Source: Microcoleus sp.
GTDB taxonomy: Bacteria > Cyanobacteriota > Cyanobacteriia > Cyanobacteriales > Microcoleaceae
Length of the DNA: 64,000 nucleotides
NCBI GenBank assembly: GCA_052279835.1
Contig: CP181291.1
Span: 5,472,001 to 5,536,000, forward strand
Direction: 5' to 3'
Of the stretch, positions 38,475-51,077 are shown piece by piece; the first letter of the stretch is position 1; each line of letters starts with the position of its first letter. Under the pieces are notes generated by a model. It saw only the letters and a list, made by a program, of their open reading frames with translations, did no database searches and was not told the origin of the DNA. Position numbers and translations under genes: made by a program.

Positions 38475-39521
38475 TTATAAAATTTCGGTCAAAATTTTAA
38501 CTAATATTTGATTCTGTGCCTCCGTACCTACAGTAATTCGCAACTTATCTGCTAATCGGGGCTGATTGAAGTATCGAATTAATATTCCCTCTTGTTTCAG
38601 TCTTTGATAAATCCTTTCCGCATCGCCCTGGGGCGGACGGACTAACAAAAAGTTGGTTTCGGATGGCCAAATGTCAAAGCCTAATTCTTTGAGGCTAAGG
38701 GCTAATTTTTGTCGTGAAGCTTTAATCTTTTCGGCATTGGCTGTTTTGTAGGTCTGGTCTGCGATCGCCTCCGCTGCCACTAGATAAGCTAAAGCATCCA
38801 CATTATAACTGTCTTTAATTTTATTTAACTCAGCTATCAAGGCAGGATTTGTAATGCCAAAACCTAGCCTCAATCCGGCTAGGGAGTAACCTTTAGAAAG
38901 CGTCCTCAAAACTATAACATTATTGTAGGTTTTTGTCAACTCCAAAGCATGATTCTCTGCAAAATCTACATAGGCTTCATCAATCACCAGAATGCCAGAT
39001 AAACCCCTAGCTAGTTGCTCCAAATCTGCTAGCGGTATCGCCGTTCCTGATGGACTATTTGGTGAAGCCACAAAAGTGACAGCACCTTGGGCTGCTATTA
39101 GTAAATCAACAGGTAACTGATAGTCATCGGGATAGGGAATTTCGACAAATTCCACATCTTGAATTTCTGCCAAAGTGCGATACAATACATAGGTGGGGGA
39201 AGGACAAACCACCTGTTTACCAGTTTCACCCACAGCCCGAACTATCAAGTTTAACAAATCATCGCTACCGTTACCTACGACAATCCAATCATCAGGAACT
39301 CCCAAGACTTGACTAGCTGCGATGCGGAATTGTTTACCAGTGGGGTCGGGATAGCGCCGCAGTATCTCCCCGTCTATTTCCTGAAGCACTTTTAAAGCTT
39401 GTGGAGAAGGTGGATAGGGATTTTCATTAGAATTGAGTTTAATAATTTTAGTACCTAGTGGTGGTTGTTCCCCTGGTACATAGCCAGACATTTCGTGGAT
39501 TTTTTGGCGAAAGTAATTCAT
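38475..39521 (-). CDS. hisC: Histidinol-phosphate aminotransferase
   Basis: KLNSNENP, GNGSD, DEAY, RTLSKGYSLAGLRLG. Confidence 0.95.
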   Translation of the reverse strand: MNYFRQKIHEMSGYVPGEQPPLGTKIIKLNSNENPYPPSPQALKVLQEIDGEILRRYPDPTGKQFRIAASQVLGVPDDWIVVGNGSDDLLNLIVRAVGETGKQVVCPSPTYVLYRTLAEIQDVEFVEIPYPDDYQLPVDLLIAAQGAVTFVASPNSPSGTAIPLADLEQLARGLSGILVIDEAYVDFAENHALELTKTYNNVIVLRTLSKGYSLAGLRLGFGITNPALIAELNKIKDSYNVDALAYLVAAEAIADQTYKTANAEKIKASRQKLALSLKELGFDIWPSETNFLLVRPPQGDAERIYQRLKQEGILIRYFNQPRLADKLRITVGTEAQNQILVKILTEIL

Positions 39522-39566
39522 CTATTATTATGGGCTTAGATCGGGATTCATTGGTAGTGAAAAAAA

Positions 39567-40280
39567 TTATATCAAACAATTAGTGACAATCCGGGTTATT
39601 CCTAAATCCACTAACTTTTGCAAATCTTCTCGATCGTCTACCGTCCAGGCCACAATGTCAACTCCCTGACTGCGGCTTTCTGCAATCAATCCAGGATTTG
39701 CCAGCAAAACACTATACAAAGTGCTAATGAGACGATCGCCCTTAACTACAGATTGAGCCAATTGAGCTTGGTACGCTTCCAGATTAGCAACAATATGTCC
39801 GAGTGACAAATCATCAGCTATTTGGCGCACTTGTTCGAGAAATCCATCGTTAAAGGAAGTAATCACGCATTTTTCTGTGATTCCGGCCGAGTGCAAAGTA
39901 TTGACAAAATCTGCCACTTCTGAATTAGACCATTCGCAGTGGGGTTTGACATCAAAGTAGAGAAATTTGTCAACTTGCTTGAGGATAGGCAATGCTGCGG
40001 TTAAGGTGGGGATTTTTTGTCCTGAAAATTCATCTGTGAACCATTTACCTGCATCCAGTGACTGCAATTCTGGTAATGTTTTGTCCCTGACTTTACCAGA
40101 AACACCGCTAATCCTATCGAGTGTGGCGTCGTGAAAAATGACTGGTATGCTGTCAGCCGATAGCTGGATGTCAAATTCGATGGAATGAGCGCCACGGGCG
40201 ATCGCCTGTTCAAAAGCTGCTAAGGTATTCTCAGGGGCGATCGACGAAAATCCCCGATGGGCTATAATTTCTAAACTCAT
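39567..40280 (-). CDS. Glycerophosphodiester phosphodiesterase
   Basis: IAHRG...PENT, EFDIQ, HD, WTVDD. Confidence 0.92.
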   Translation of the reverse strand: MSLEIIAHRGFSSIAPENTLAAFEQAIARGAHSIEFDIQLSADSIPVIFHDATLDRISGVSGKVRDKTLPELQSLDAGKWFTDEFSGQKIPTLTAALPILKQVDKFLYFDVKPHCEWSNSEVADFVNTLHSAGITEKCVITSFNDGFLEQVRQIADDLSLGHIVANLEAYQAQLAQSVVKGDRLISTLYSVLLANPGLIAESRSQGVDIVAWTVDDREDLQKLVDLGITRIVTNCLI

Positions 40281-41131
40281 GATTTTGTTGTATCTAAAAA
40301 TTCTGCCACAGTCTGATTAAAAGTTGCCGGTTCTACCAAAAAACACCAGTGATTTCCCGGTACTTTCTGTATCGTAAGATTTTTCAAGTATCTCTGATAG
40401 GGCTGGAGTTGCCAATCCATGCGATTCACACCTTTTTCGGGCTGGATTAACAAAGTTGGAATGTGAATATTTTCAGTTAAACCAGCAACTTGCATCACTT
40501 CTGTAAATATCTGATTGCGGGCGGGAATCACAAATTTACTACCCCAGCTAGCATCGGGTTTTTGCTCGATTTGCTGTTGGAATACCATTTGTTGCATCTC
40601 ACTCCAAGCTGCGTATTCTCCTGAGAGTTTGGCTGCTGTTTCCGCTGCGGATAAAGTCGCAAAGGGGCCCATACATTTGAGACAATCTAATTTGCGGTAA
40701 AGAAGTGGTAGGGTGAGTTTCATCACAGCGGGAAGTTTGGTGATGAAGATGGGGTCTACTAAAATCATACTGCCAAAGCGATCGGGATTTTGTCTGGCCC
40801 AAATTGGCGCTAGCTTTCCCGTCCAAGAATGTCCGAGAATGTGAGCATCGGGCCAGTTGAGGTGTGCCATCAAAGCTTCTAAATCGGCGATCGCACTTTC
40901 AAAAGTATAGCCGATATCTGGTTTGCTGCTATCTCCATGTCCGCGCATATCTGGCGCTACAATATGGTAGCGGTTTGACAAATAATTTCCCAGACTCGTC
41001 CAGACAACTGCACTATCTGCTAAACCATGTAACAACAGCAAGCGTGGAACTTGTTGTGATGCTGTTGTTGGTCGCCATTCTAGGTAAGAAATTTCGATTT
41101 CTGGTAAAACTAATGTGTGACGAGTTGGCAT
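40277..41131 (-). CDS. Alpha/beta hydrolase
   Basis: LLHG, DMRGHGDS, GHSW, C-terminal GNH. Confidence 0.9.
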   Translation of the reverse strand: MPTRHTLVLPEIEISYLEWRPTTASQQVPRLLLLHGLADSAVVWTSLGNYLSNRYHIVAPDMRGHGDSSKPDIGYTFESAIADLEALMAHLNWPDAHILGHSWTGKLAPIWARQNPDRFGSMILVDPIFITKLPAVMKLTLPLLYRKLDCLKCMGPFATLSAAETAAKLSGEYAAWSEMQQMVFQQQIEQKPDASWGSKFVIPARNQIFTEVMQVAGLTENIHIPTLLIQPEKGVNRMDWQLQPYQRYLKNLTIQKVPGNHWCFLVEPATFNQTVAEFLDTTKS

Positions 41132-41184
41132 CTTTAAAAACGGGATTTGATTGTGGAGAAGAGATGATAGCTAGCCCCTATCGC

Positions 41185-42516
41185 CTAATATTTGCCTTTG
41201 AGACTCAACAAAATAAACTGAGTTTTTTGTGCTTCATCAAAACTGTCATCGCTGACTAAAACTAAACTTTGGCTACCATCAGGTAAGCGCGGCCCCAAGG
41301 TCATTCCTTCTAAGTTATACAACGGAATTCCTAATTCGCTCAAGTCTAATAGCAATTTTTTCCTCACAGGTTCAACTACAGACGCCCCCCCTTTGAAGCT
41401 CTTGATTCTCGAAGTATCTGTAGCAGCACCCACTGCAACTTGATAAATTCGCGCGCCGTATCCTGAAAGCCCAAAAGAACGCTCTAAACTCAAAAATTGA
41501 CCGCCACCAACAGTTACTAATTCTGTTAAACCGTTTAAAATACTTAAAGGAACTTGGTCTAAAGTGTAAAGATTTTCTGAAATTAATTGCGGTGTTTTGT
41601 TGACTATGATATAATGTAAAATGCGAATTTTACTAGCATTTTCCGGGTCTAGGTCTTGCATTAAAGGCGCTTCTGTGGCCACAAACAAACGAAACGGATC
41701 GAGACCGCCTGGACTAAAAGTTTCTGGGTCAATTGTGAGAGATTCAAATCCCAAATTATCTAAGACTCCTTGCTGCTGTTTCTCATCGCTAGCATCGGCA
41801 AGATAGCGCTGGGGAATTGGCAATTCCCCCAGCCACTTGCCAGTTTTGAGGTCAAATTCTCCGACAAAGGGAGGAATGCCAACGTGAGTGACACCTTCGC
41901 TGGCGACAAAGACGGAATTGCGGGGAGAAAGAGCGATACCTTCAGGATTGATTGCACCCCAAGAGAATGTTTGGCCATCTGCTTTTTTGAGAGAAGTAAC
42001 AGATTCAACAGCAACTTTTTTCAGACGAATATTGGCTGCATCTCCTAATTTGAGGTCTAGTCGAAGACTGTAAAATCTGGCTTCTCCGTTTTCGCTGGGG
42101 TCGTCGGAAATAGCGTAAAAACGATAAGCTTGGGAAGTCCCTGCGCTCATTCCTTTGGAGTCGTAGGTAATTCCTGATAAGCCTCCGACGGGGACTCCTT
42201 CAAAATTAATTTTTGGCAATTGGTAGTCTCCCAGAAATTCTAGGGACATTTCCGGGAAAGAGCGGTCTTTTGCTGCTGCGGGAGGCGGTGCACAAGCTGT
42301 GCAAATAGTTAACAAAATTAAGGCTAAACTGAATAAGCGTAAAATGCGATCGCCCAGGCTCTTAAAATCCCAATAATTGCTCAGTGCGGTAGTTTTTATG
42401 GGGCTGTTTTGGTTCAATTCTTGGCTTTTGTGCCATCTTTGTGACATAATATATACCGTTTTGTAGATATGCAAAACTTGATGTTTCGGGAATCGATAGG
42501 GGTTCGCTCCCACCAA
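41185..42516 (-). CDS. Esterase-like activity of phytase family (lipo)protein; start uncertain
   Basis: GGLSG, ISDD, PEGI, NLGFESL, NLEGM, VSDD. Confidence 0.85.
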   Translation of the reverse strand: MVGANPYRFPKHQVLHIYKTVYIMSQRWHKSQELNQNSPIKTTALSNYWDFKSLGDRILRLFSLALILLTICTACAPPPAAAKDRSFPEMSLEFLGDYQLPKINFEGVPVGGLSGITYDSKGMSAGTSQAYRFYAISDDPSENGEARFYSLRLDLKLGDAANIRLKKVAVESVTSLKKADGQTFSWGAINPEGIALSPRNSVFVASEGVTHVGIPPFVGEFDLKTGKWLGELPIPQRYLADASDEKQQQGVLDNLGFESLTIDPETFSPGGLDPFRLFVATEAPLMQDLDPENASKIRILHYIIVNKTPQLISENLYTLDQVPLSILNGLTELVTVGGGQFLSLERSFGLSGYGARIYQVAVGAATDTSRIKSFKGGASVVEPVRKKLLLDLSELGIPLYNLEGMTLGPRLPDGSQSLVLVSDDSFDEAQKTQFILLSLKGKY

Positions 42517-43803
42517 ATTTTGAGGATGGGAATTTCTGTACCCATCTGGTGCTTGCTTTTCTTGTGGCTTTGTGCTACTTCAATTGCTAGCGCTCAAACC
42601 ACTCCACCAGGTTTGGATCAATTTTCTCCTAATCCGTTAGAGATTACCACACCCGATCCCTTAACTCCCACGAATGAATCTTTGAGTAGCACTCAGCGGG
42701 ATGAATTGAGTGCGGCTTTAGATGGCTTAAACTTAGAAGCATTGGCTAAACTGCAAGCTGGAGATGGAGTGGGTGCTTTTGATATTTGGTTCCGAGAATT
42801 GCGCCTGCGACGCTATCTGGGCCCTGCGGTGGAAATTGCTGCTTTGAGTCGGGTAGGAAGTGTGGCTTGGAGTAACAGTAAAACCATTGAATTACAGTTT
42901 ATTACTCAACGGCTCCAAGTAATTCAAAAACAAGTCAAATCTCAGGTGCCAGTTGATATTGATTTACTGCGAGTTTTGGCTGCTGCTTTTCAACAAGTGC
43001 GTGCTAAGGGCCCGACTATAGAAGTTTATCAACAAATTCTTGACAATGCGCGGCAGCAACAGGATATTTTGGCTGAGGGTCAGACTTTAAAGGCGATGGG
43101 GCTAATTCATATCAATTGGTTGAGTTATGAAAAAGCTGCTGCTGTGTATGAGGAATTGGCAAGTTTAATTCAGGAAAATCGCGCTTTATTTGCTGCAAAC
43201 TCTGTGGTTTCGACTCCGGCGGTGGTGGCGGGAAATGGTGCGCCTCCTGTGGCTGTAACTCCTCCCACTGAGGTGGATTCTCTGAGACAGTTGGCCTATG
43301 TTTACCACCAGTCAAAACAACATCTGAATGCGATCGCAGCTAGGGAGAAATTGGTATCAGTATATATGAATCTGCAAAATCCTAACGCTGTTCCACCGCT
43401 CAAAATTGCGATCGCTGCGGATTACGAAACCCTAGGTCAAATCAATTTAGCTGCTCAATACTATCAGGAAGCATACAATTTAGCCGTCCCCATTCAACAG
43501 TATGCCCACGCTAGCGAAGCCTTGGAAAAATTAGCATTGCTTTATCGATCGCAAAAACAGTGGGAACCGACTTTGCGGATTTATCAAATGCAGTTACTGT
43601 TAGAAGAACGGGCTTATAACTTGTATGGATTGATGAATGCTTATGATAATCTTGGTCAAGTTTATCAGGAGATGAAAACCTACAACAAAGCTTTAGAAGC
43701 TTATCAAAAAGCCTTGGATGTGGCTAAAAGATTGGGACACAGACAAGAGTATTTTGATAAAAAAATTCTCAAGGTTAACAAGCAATTGCAAAGGACTTCG
43801 TAA
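42469..43803 (+). CDS. Secreted tetratricopeptide-repeat protein; start probably downstream of 42469
   Basis: Signal peptide ending SIASAQ; C-terminal TPRs. Confidence 0.8.
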   Translation: MQNLMFRESIGVRSHQILRMGISVPIWCLLFLWLCATSIASAQTTPPGLDQFSPNPLEITTPDPLTPTNESLSSTQRDELSAALDGLNLEALAKLQAGDGVGAFDIWFRELRLRRYLGPAVEIAALSRVGSVAWSNSKTIELQFITQRLQVIQKQVKSQVPVDIDLLRVLAAAFQQVRAKGPTIEVYQQILDNARQQQDILAEGQTLKAMGLIHINWLSYEKAAAVYEELASLIQENRALFAANSVVSTPAVVAGNGAPPVAVTPPTEVDSLRQLAYVYHQSKQHLNAIAAREKLVSVYMNLQNPNAVPPLKIAIAADYETLGQINLAAQYYQEAYNLAVPIQQYAHASEALEKLALLYRSQKQWEPTLRIYQMQLLLEERAYNLYGLMNAYDNLGQVYQEMKTYNKALEAYQKALDVAKRLGHRQEYFDKKILKVNKQLQRTS

Positions 43804-44026
43804 CATTGGTAGAATTGGTAAGGTGCGTCAGTTCCAGAACCTTAAAAATTGTTTAAAAAACTCACCTGACGCACCCGACCATTCGATTTTAAGAAGAAGG
43901 AAGAAGTCACCCCCCCTGCCCCCCCCAAGGGGGGAAATTCAGGAAGAAGGAAGAATGCTCATACAGCAAGCTTTTTAGCCACCTGTATCTTACGTTTAAT
44001 TAAGTGGACTTACTTATCTAATAATT

Positions 44027-44485
44027 CTATTCGTTGACTATGGTGGTAGTCGGCGATTCCGAACTAGGGAAAAATTGCTGAGTTATCCAATTAGTTAAAA
44101 TGTGAGAAAGCAATCCCATCGGACCTGCAAATAGACACAATGCGAGGGAATGAATCGTCCAAACTCCGGTGCGTTGTCCTTCTAAATAAATCCAACGCCC
44201 GACAAATAAGTCCATGACTAAAAAATGTATCCATCCTGTAGCTGCTGCGGTTTCTTCCCCAAGAAACTTGGCAATATCTGCTAGTTTGGGATTGGACAAA
44301 GCGGCAGCATTTTCTGGGGTGATGCTGGTAACAAACAAATAGATATACATCAGGGCGAGGACTACAAAGGGGATGAAGGAATTCATCACTTTTCGAGTAA
44401 TTCCCCAGTTTGGTAGTAAAATCATGATTGCCCAAAAGGGCAAAACGAACAGGTTTCCTACTGTAAAAATTAGTTCTGGTGTCAT
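44027..44485 (-). CDS. ABA4-like (DUF4281) membrane protein
   Basis: VLPFW..MILLP.W, WIHFLVMDLFVGRWIY, GPMG. Confidence 0.85.
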   Translation of the reverse strand: MTPELIFTVGNLFVLPFWAIMILLPNWGITRKVMNSFIPFVVLALMYIYLFVTSITPENAAALSNPKLADIAKFLGEETAAATGWIHFLVMDLFVGRWIYLEGQRTGVWTIHSLALCLFAGPMGLLSHILTNWITQQFFPSSESPTTTIVNE

Positions 44486-44509
44486 CTTAAATCACGGCTC
44501 TAGGGTTAG

Positions 44510-45514
44510 TTAAAATTGGCGTAGAAAGCGCAAATCGCTGGCATAAACCCGACGAATATCATCAATTTCATGCAGTACCATTGCGAAGCGCTCGACACCA
44601 AAACCTGCGGCAAAACCACTGTATTTTTCCGGGTCTAAACCAACTCCTTTGAGAACATTAGGATCGACCATGCCGCATCCTAAAACTTCTAGCCATTTAC
44701 CATTCCACTGCAAATCTACTTCGGCAGACGGTTCGGTAAACGGAAAATAACTGGTGCGAAAACGAATCGGCAAATCTTGCCCGAACATTTGTCGCAAAAA
44801 TTCTTTGATTGTGCCTTTCAAGTCACTAAAGGTCAGCCCTTCATCTATGGCCAAAAGTTCAATTTGATGGAAGACGGCGGCGTGAGTAGCATCGACGGTA
44901 TCGCGGCGGTAAACGCGGCCGGGAGAGACAATCCGAATCGGGGGTTTGTGCTGTTCCATGTAGCGAATTTGCACTGAGGATGTTTGAGTTCGCAGCAGGT
45001 TTCCGCCTGGGAGATAAAAGGTATCTTGCATATCTCGCGCTGGGTGGTCGGGCGGGGTGTTTAGTGCTTCAAAATTGTAATAGTCTGTTTCCATTTCTGG
45101 GCCGTTGGCTACGGTGTAGCCGAGGCCAACAAAGATATCCAAAGCGCGGTCTATGACGCTGTTTAAGGGGTGTATTCTGCCTTGGGGACGAAAAATCCCA
45201 GGCATGGTGACATCGAGGGTTTCTGAGGCTAATTTGGCTTGAATTTGGGCGGTTTGGAGGGAGGTGCGTTTGTCTTCTAAATCGGTTTGTAGGGCTTCTT
45301 TGACGGTGTTGGCGATCGCACCTAGTTTCGGTCGCTGTTCGGGCGGCAGTTTGCCCATCATGCCTAAAACTTGAGAGAGTTGGCCTTTTTTACCTAGGTA
45401 ATTGACGCGCAACTGTTCGAGTTGTTCGAGGGTATTAGTGGTGGCGATCGCACTTTTGGCTTCTTGTCCGAGGGTTTCTAGTTGGGTTTCAATGTCGCTT
45501 AGCTGGACAGTCAT
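44510..45514 (-). CDS. pheS: Phenylalanyl-tRNA synthetase alpha subunit
   Basis: [27 protein letters not shown]. Confidence 0.98.
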   Translation of the reverse strand: MTVQLSDIETQLETLGQEAKSAIATTNTLEQLEQLRVNYLGKKGQLSQVLGMMGKLPPEQRPKLGAIANTVKEALQTDLEDKRTSLQTAQIQAKLASETLDVTMPGIFRPQGRIHPLNSVIDRALDIFVGLGYTVANGPEMETDYYNFEALNTPPDHPARDMQDTFYLPGGNLLRTQTSSVQIRYMEQHKPPIRIVSPGRVYRRDTVDATHAAVFHQIELLAIDEGLTFSDLKGTIKEFLRQMFGQDLPIRFRTSYFPFTEPSAEVDLQWNGKWLEVLGCGMVDPNVLKGVGLDPEKYSGFAAGFGVERFAMVLHEIDDIRRVYASDLRFLRQF

Positions 45515-45702
45515 TTTAGATTTTAGATTTTAGATTTTAGATTGATGGCTGTTGGAGCCAAGTTGAGTTTAGCGCAATTTGAGTGCGAGTGGCTGGTTGA
45601 TTTTACATTTGAGATTTTAATCGGTAATTGGTAATTAGAGACCAAAGCGATCGCCAGACTTGAATTTAGTTTAGTATTGTCCTGTGGCCTACAAAACTTT
45701 TC

Positions 45703-46509
45703 ATGAAACTTCTAATTAGCAACGACGACGGCATCTTTGCACAAGGCATCCGCAGCCTCGCCAACGCACTCGCCGCCGCTGGTCATGACGTAAGCGTAGT
45801 TTGTCCCGACAGAGAACGGTCGGCGACAGGTCACGGTCTCACCCTGCACCAACCCATCCGCGCCGAAATTGTCGAATCTATTTTTGACCCCGCAATCAAA
45901 GCTTGGGCTTGTTCCGGTACTCCCGCGGACTGCGTGAAACTAGCTTTGTGGGCTTTACTGGACAAACCGCCAGATTTTGTTCTGGCCGGTATTAATCACG
46001 GCCCGAATTTAGGAACGGATATCATTTGTTCCGGGACGGTTTCGGCGGCGATGGAAGGCATTATGGAAGGGATTCCCAGCATTGCTTTCAGCCTTGCGAG
46101 CTATGCTTCTTTGGAATTTGAGCCGGCAGTAAATTTTGCCGTGACTTTGCTCTCACAGTTGGAAAAACAACCGATGGCAAAACCCATGTTGTTGAATGTG
46201 AATATACCAGCGGTTAAACAAGCAGAAATTACCGGAGTTGCGATCGCCCGTCAAGGGATTCGCCGCTATTTCGATATATTTCAAAAGCGCACCGATCCGC
46301 GCGGCAAAACTTATTATTGGCTAGCTGGGGAATTGTTAGAAGATGTGGAAGAAACTTCAGAAACCTCTGATTTGCTGGATATTCCTACGGATGTACAAGC
46401 TATTCGCGACCATAAAATTACCATTACTCCTCTTCAATACAACCTCACCTGTGGCCGAGACTTGCAGAGTTTACAGGATTGGAAATTTAAAGGTTTTACA
46501 ATGAATTGA
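45703..46509 (+). CDS. surE: 5'/3'-nucleotidase SurE
   Basis: [25 protein letters not shown]. Confidence 0.97.
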   Translation: MKLLISNDDGIFAQGIRSLANALAAAGHDVSVVCPDRERSATGHGLTLHQPIRAEIVESIFDPAIKAWACSGTPADCVKLALWALLDKPPDFVLAGINHGPNLGTDIICSGTVSAAMEGIMEGIPSIAFSLASYASLEFEPAVNFAVTLLSQLEKQPMAKPMLLNVNIPAVKQAEITGVAIARQGIRRYFDIFQKRTDPRGKTYYWLAGELLEDVEETSETSDLLDIPTDVQAIRDHKITITPLQYNLTCGRDLQSLQDWKFKGFTMN

Positions 46510-46607
46510 GATCCGATCGCGCGGATATCAGAGGTAAACTAGGAATTAAGGAAAAGTACCTCTTTAGGTATATGCCCTAGGCCTTAGCGCACCCTCTCTC
46601 TTGGTTA

Positions 46608-47033
46608 TTGGTTTTTTACTCAAGAAAAACAGTTATGAACGCTCCCACCTACAACACTCATTCTGTCACTTGTCCGATTTGCAACCGTTCCAGCATCGTC
46701 GGCGCTGTGGGGATGGTTAGCGGACTATTCAGTTGTCCTCACTGTCATTCCCATTTGGTAATTAGTTGGAGTGGCCATTTTGTCCGCGATCCTTTTAGCC
46801 TGAAACAATTAACGGTGGGGAAGATGCTCAGGCGCGAGAGCCGGCCTCTAGCTCGCCTTCAGCGCGATTTGGGGCTTGGTAAGCATTTCCCGTTGTTGGC
46901 TCTGTTGGGAAGTGCTGTATTTCTGGGATTTGCGATCGTGACGACAGAACAATCCTTACCGCGACAGCAGCCGTTTCAAGGATTTTTAGAGTGGGTGAGT
47001 GGGAGTGGCAATTCCGAGGGTGTCTCTCGTTAA
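46608..47033 (+). CDS. Hypothetical protein with a zinc ribbon and a C-terminal TM helix
   Basis: CPIC...CPHC; SWSGHFVRDP. Confidence 0.7.
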   Translation: MVFYSRKTVMNAPTYNTHSVTCPICNRSSIVGAVGMVSGLFSCPHCHSHLVISWSGHFVRDPFSLKQLTVGKMLRRESRPLARLQRDLGLGKHFPLLALLGSAVFLGFAIVTTEQSLPRQQPFQGFLEWVSGSGNSEGVSR

Positions 47034-47275
47034 CATTTCGCTACTTGAATTTTGACATTCAATGCCTTTAAATTTATCTTCTTTTAGGTATAAGACAATT
47101 TAGCCCCCAGATTAATCTGGGGGCCGTGTTTTGGTGAGGATTGAATCAAAGGCGATCGATCTACTCTACTACCTGAAAATTAATTTCTACCTACGCCCCA
47201 CCCTCATGTCAAGCCTGATTTTGTTAAGCAAAATGTGAATCAGCCATGGCTCAAAAAGGGAAGGACGATGGAAAT

Positions 47276-50200
47276 TTAGGGGTAATAATCCTGAATTGCT
47301 TTTACCTCCATTGGGTTAGATTTGAGCGATCGAATTCCCGCCGCCGTCGCTTTCGCACCGGCAATGGTGGTAATAATCGGAATTTTGTAGGTTAATGCTG
47401 TGCGACGGATAAAGATGCCGTCGGCGCGGGACTCTTCACCAGAAGGTGTGGTGATAATTAGTTGAATTTTCTCGTTCTTGATCGAATCCAACAAGTTGGG
47501 CCGCCCTTCATGGAGTTTTAAGACCAAATCTACATCTAAACCTTGCTCTTCCAATACTTTGCGAGTACCATGAGTGGCTACTACTTTGAAACCTAATTCC
47601 AAGAATTCCTTGACAACTGGTACAACTGGTAGTTTGTCCCGATCGCGCATGGAAACCAGTACAGTTCCTGACAGTGGCATGACTTGTCCAGCACCCAATT
47701 GAGCTTTGGCGAAGGCCTTGCCAAAATCGGTGTCAATCCCCATGACTTCGCCAGTCGATCGCATTTCTGGCCCTAACAAAGTATCGGTTCCAGGGAACTT
47801 AGCAAAGGGTAGTACGGCTTCTTTCACCGAAACGTGAGTGGGTACAACTTCTTTAGTAAAACCTAAAGCTTCCAGAGTTTGACCAGACATTACCCGCGAG
47901 GCCATTTTTGCTAGGGGTACTCCGATCGCCTTGGAGACAAAAGGCACTGTTCGAGAAGCCCGTGGGTTCGCCTCCAAAATGAAAACTTGCTCTCCTTGAA
48001 CCGCAAATTGAATGTTCATCAACCCGATCACTTTCAGGGCTTTGGCTAATTCCACTGTCTGGCGGCGAATTGTTTCTAAAGCTGCTGCGGTAAGTGTTTG
48101 GTAAGGGATGGTACAAGCAGAGTCGCCGGAGTGAATTCCCGCTTCCTCAATGTGTTCCATAATGCCCCCGATAGTGACATTACCTGTAATATCGGCGATC
48201 GCGTCTACATCTACCTCTGTCGCATTCTCTAAGAACTTGTCAATTAAAATCGGATGGTCTGGTTCTACCAGCACCGCATAGGTCATGTAACGTTCCAATT
48301 CCGTATCGGAATAAACAATTTCCATGGCTCGGCCACCTAACACGTAGCTGGGGCGCACCACTACTGGATAACCAATCCGTTGAGCTACGATTAAAGCATC
48401 CTCAAAACTGCGGGCCAACCCGTTAGCAGCTTGCTGAATATTCAACTGTCGCAGAATTTTTTCAAACCTTTCTCTGTCTTCCGCAGTATCAATGGAATCC
48501 GGCGAAGTTCCCCAGATTTTTGTTTGTACATCTGGATGATTTTCGAGGGCTTTTTGTAAAGGCAGTGCTAATTTCAACGGGGTTTGTCCGCCAAATTGAA
48601 TTATGACTCCCTCTGGATTTTCCGCCTCGATAATGTTGAGAACATCTTCTTTGGTTAGGGGTTCAAAATACAGGCGATCGCTGGTATCATAATCCGTCGA
48701 AACCGTTTCTGGGTTGGAGTTAACCATGATTGTCTCAAACCCGTCTGCTCCTAGGGAATAGGAAGCATGACAGCAACAGTAATCAAACTCAATTCCCTGT
48801 CCGATGCGGTTAGGCCCACCACCTAAAATCATCACTTTGCGCTTAGTAGAAGGCAAAACTTCTGACTCTGGGCTGAGACTGTGAGCCACTGCTGAAATCT
48901 TCTTTTCTTCATCGCCTAATTCCCAAATTGCTGTTCCCAATTCGTAGGTAGAATAGTAATAAGGCGTGAATGCTTCAAATTCGGCGGCGCAGGTATCAAC
49001 GGTTTTGTAAATCGGTGTTACGCCTAAATTTTTGCGATAAGTGCGAACTTCATCTTCTGATGTTTTGGTCGCGTAAGCAATTTGGCGATCGCTAAATCCC
49101 AACTGCTTGATGGCAAACATTGTATCTTTTGTCAACTGCTGGAGCTGAGTCCGTTTCATGAACTTCTCGGTTTCCAGCAATTCCTGCATTTTGTCCAAAA
49201 ACCAAGGGTCAATTGCTGTGAGTTCAAAGATGTCTTCCACCGACATTCCCATCATCATCGCGTGGCGAACTGTGAAAATGCGATCGGGATTTGGTGTCCG
49301 CAATCCGGCGCGAATTTGTTCCAAACTAGGCAACTTTTCTGGTTTGTCGCAACCGAAACCAGCCCGACCAGTTTCTAATCCTCGCAGCGCTTTTTGGAAA
49401 GATTCATTGAAGCTACGCCCGATCGCCATTACCTCTCCCACTGACTTCATTTGCGTTGTCAGGGTCGGTTCAGAACCGGGGAACTTTTCAAAAGCAAATC
49501 GGGGAATCTTCGTCACCACGTAGTCAATTGTGGGTTCAAAAGAAGCAGGAGTTTTCTTGGTAATATCGTTAGAAATTTCATCCAGGGTGTAGCCCACTGC
49601 TAATTTTGCAGCCATTTTCGCAATGGGAAATCCTGTGGCTTTTGACGCCAAAGCCGAGGAACGGGAAACGCGGGGGTTCATTTCAATGACGATGAAATCT
49701 CCATTTACCGGATTCACCGCAAATTGAATGTTAGAACCGCCGGTTTCCACTCCGATTTCGCGAATAATTTTAATCGAGGCATCCCGCAGCCGTTGGTATT
49801 CTTTGTCTGTCAGGGTTTGGGCCGGCGCGACTGTGATCGAGTCCCCGGTATGAATTCCCATCGGGTCTATATTTTCGATCGAACAAATAATCACCACATT
49901 ATCTGCTAAATCCCGCATCACTTCTAGTTCGTACTCTTTCCAACCGATTAAAGATTGTTCGATCAGAATTTGGGAGACAGGGCTAGCATCAATGCCACCT
50001 TGGGCCATTTCTTCAAACTCTTCTTGATTGTAAGAAATGCCTCCTCCGGTACCACCCATTGTAAAAGCGGGACGGATAATTAACGGGTAAGAACCGATTT
50101 GGTGTCCAATTGCTTTGGCTTCATCTAGATTGTTGGCAATTCCCGAAGGACATACTGCTACTCCAATGCGGGCCATAGCTTCTTTAAATAGCAGTCGGTC

Positions 50201-50581
50201 TTCTGCCATTTCAATTGCTGGTAGCTTAGCGCCAATTAACTCAACTTTGTATTTTTCTAAAGCACCATTTTTAGCGACCGCTACGGCTAAATTCAGGGCT
50301 GTTTGACCGCCCATTGTCGGTAAAATTGCTTGTGGTCTTTCTTTGGCGATGATTTGTTCGAGGATGGCTGGCGTTAGAGGTTCGATGTAGATGCGATCGG
50401 CTGTTTCTGGATCGGTCATAATGGTAGCTGGGTTGGAATTCACCAGCACTACTTCATAACCTTCTTCTCGCAAAGCTTTGCAAGCTTGCGTCCCCGAATA
50501 GTCAAACTCGCACGCTTGACCGATCACAATTGGGCCGGAACCAATTAGCAGAATTTTTTGTAAGTCTTGGCGACGGGGCAT
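47276..50581 (-). CDS. carB: Carbamoyl-phosphate synthase large subunit
   Basis: [30 protein letters not shown] domain. Confidence 0.98.
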   Translation of the reverse strand: MPRRQDLQKILLIGSGPIVIGQACEFDYSGTQACKALREEGYEVVLVNSNPATIMTDPETADRIYIEPLTPAILEQIIAKERPQAILPTMGGQTALNLAVAVAKNGALEKYKVELIGAKLPAIEMAEDRLLFKEAMARIGVAVCPSGIANNLDEAKAIGHQIGSYPLIIRPAFTMGGTGGGISYNQEEFEEMAQGGIDASPVSQILIEQSLIGWKEYELEVMRDLADNVVIICSIENIDPMGIHTGDSITVAPAQTLTDKEYQRLRDASIKIIREIGVETGGSNIQFAVNPVNGDFIVIEMNPRVSRSSALASKATGFPIAKMAAKLAVGYTLDEISNDITKKTPASFEPTIDYVVTKIPRFAFEKFPGSEPTLTTQMKSVGEVMAIGRSFNESFQKALRGLETGRAGFGCDKPEKLPSLEQIRAGLRTPNPDRIFTVRHAMMMGMSVEDIFELTAIDPWFLDKMQELLETEKFMKRTQLQQLTKDTMFAIKQLGFSDRQIAYATKTSEDEVRTYRKNLGVTPIYKTVDTCAAEFEAFTPYYYSTYELGTAIWELGDEEKKISAVAHSLSPESEVLPSTKRKVMILGGGPNRIGQGIEFDYCCCHASYSLGADGFETIMVNSNPETVSTDYDTSDRLYFEPLTKEDVLNIIEAENPEGVIIQFGGQTPLKLALPLQKALENHPDVQTKIWGTSPDSIDTAEDRERFEKILRQLNIQQAANGLARSFEDALIVAQRIGYPVVVRPSYVLGGRAMEIVYSDTELERYMTYAVLVEPDHPILIDKFLENATEVDVDAIADITGNVTIGGIMEHIEEAGIHSGDSACTIPYQTLTAAALETIRRQTVELAKALKVIGLMNIQFAVQGEQVFILEANPRASRTVPFVSKAIGVPLAKMASRVMSGQTLEALGFTKEVVPTHVSVKEAVLPFAKFPGTDTLLGPEMRSTGEVMGIDTDFGKAFAKAQLGAGQVMPLSGTVLVSMRDRDKLPVVPVVKEFLELGFKVVATHGTRKVLEEQGLDVDLVLKLHEGRPNLLDSIKNEKIQLIITTPSGEESRADGIFIRRTALTYKIPIITTIAGAKATAAGIRSLKSNPMEVKAIQDYYP

Positions 50582-51077
50582 AGGTTCGTAATTGGTAGTT
50601 GGACAAGATTAACGATCGATTTTACATTTTGCACCATTGCTATCAACAGGCTAGAAAGCCTGTTCTACCCAAAGCTTACTGAAAATGGTGCAGTTATGTG
50701 ATATTAATTTGAAATTGTGCACCATTCTCAGGATTTTGAAGGCACAAGCCCCCTACTCTTGGTAATATACATCGCCTGCTAAGGGTGCAGTGTATCGGTA
50801 AATCCAGACTATTTTAAGTGCTGTCGCATAGTTTGTGTTGTAAAATACAATTTACCAGGCAAACTGCTGTCAACTTTCCGCCCTTACTGGCTTCACTACC
50901 CAGACATCGCTTTTGGATCGATCGACCGAGTCGATAAAGTTGATGATAATTTTTATCTAAATATTCTGGCGATCGACTAAACTCCTATAGCCAAGGACGC
51001 AAAAACCCGCTTTCTCCACCTAATTTCCTGATTTGAGGTTGAGAAAGACGGGGTTTGAGACCTAATTTTTCCGTAAT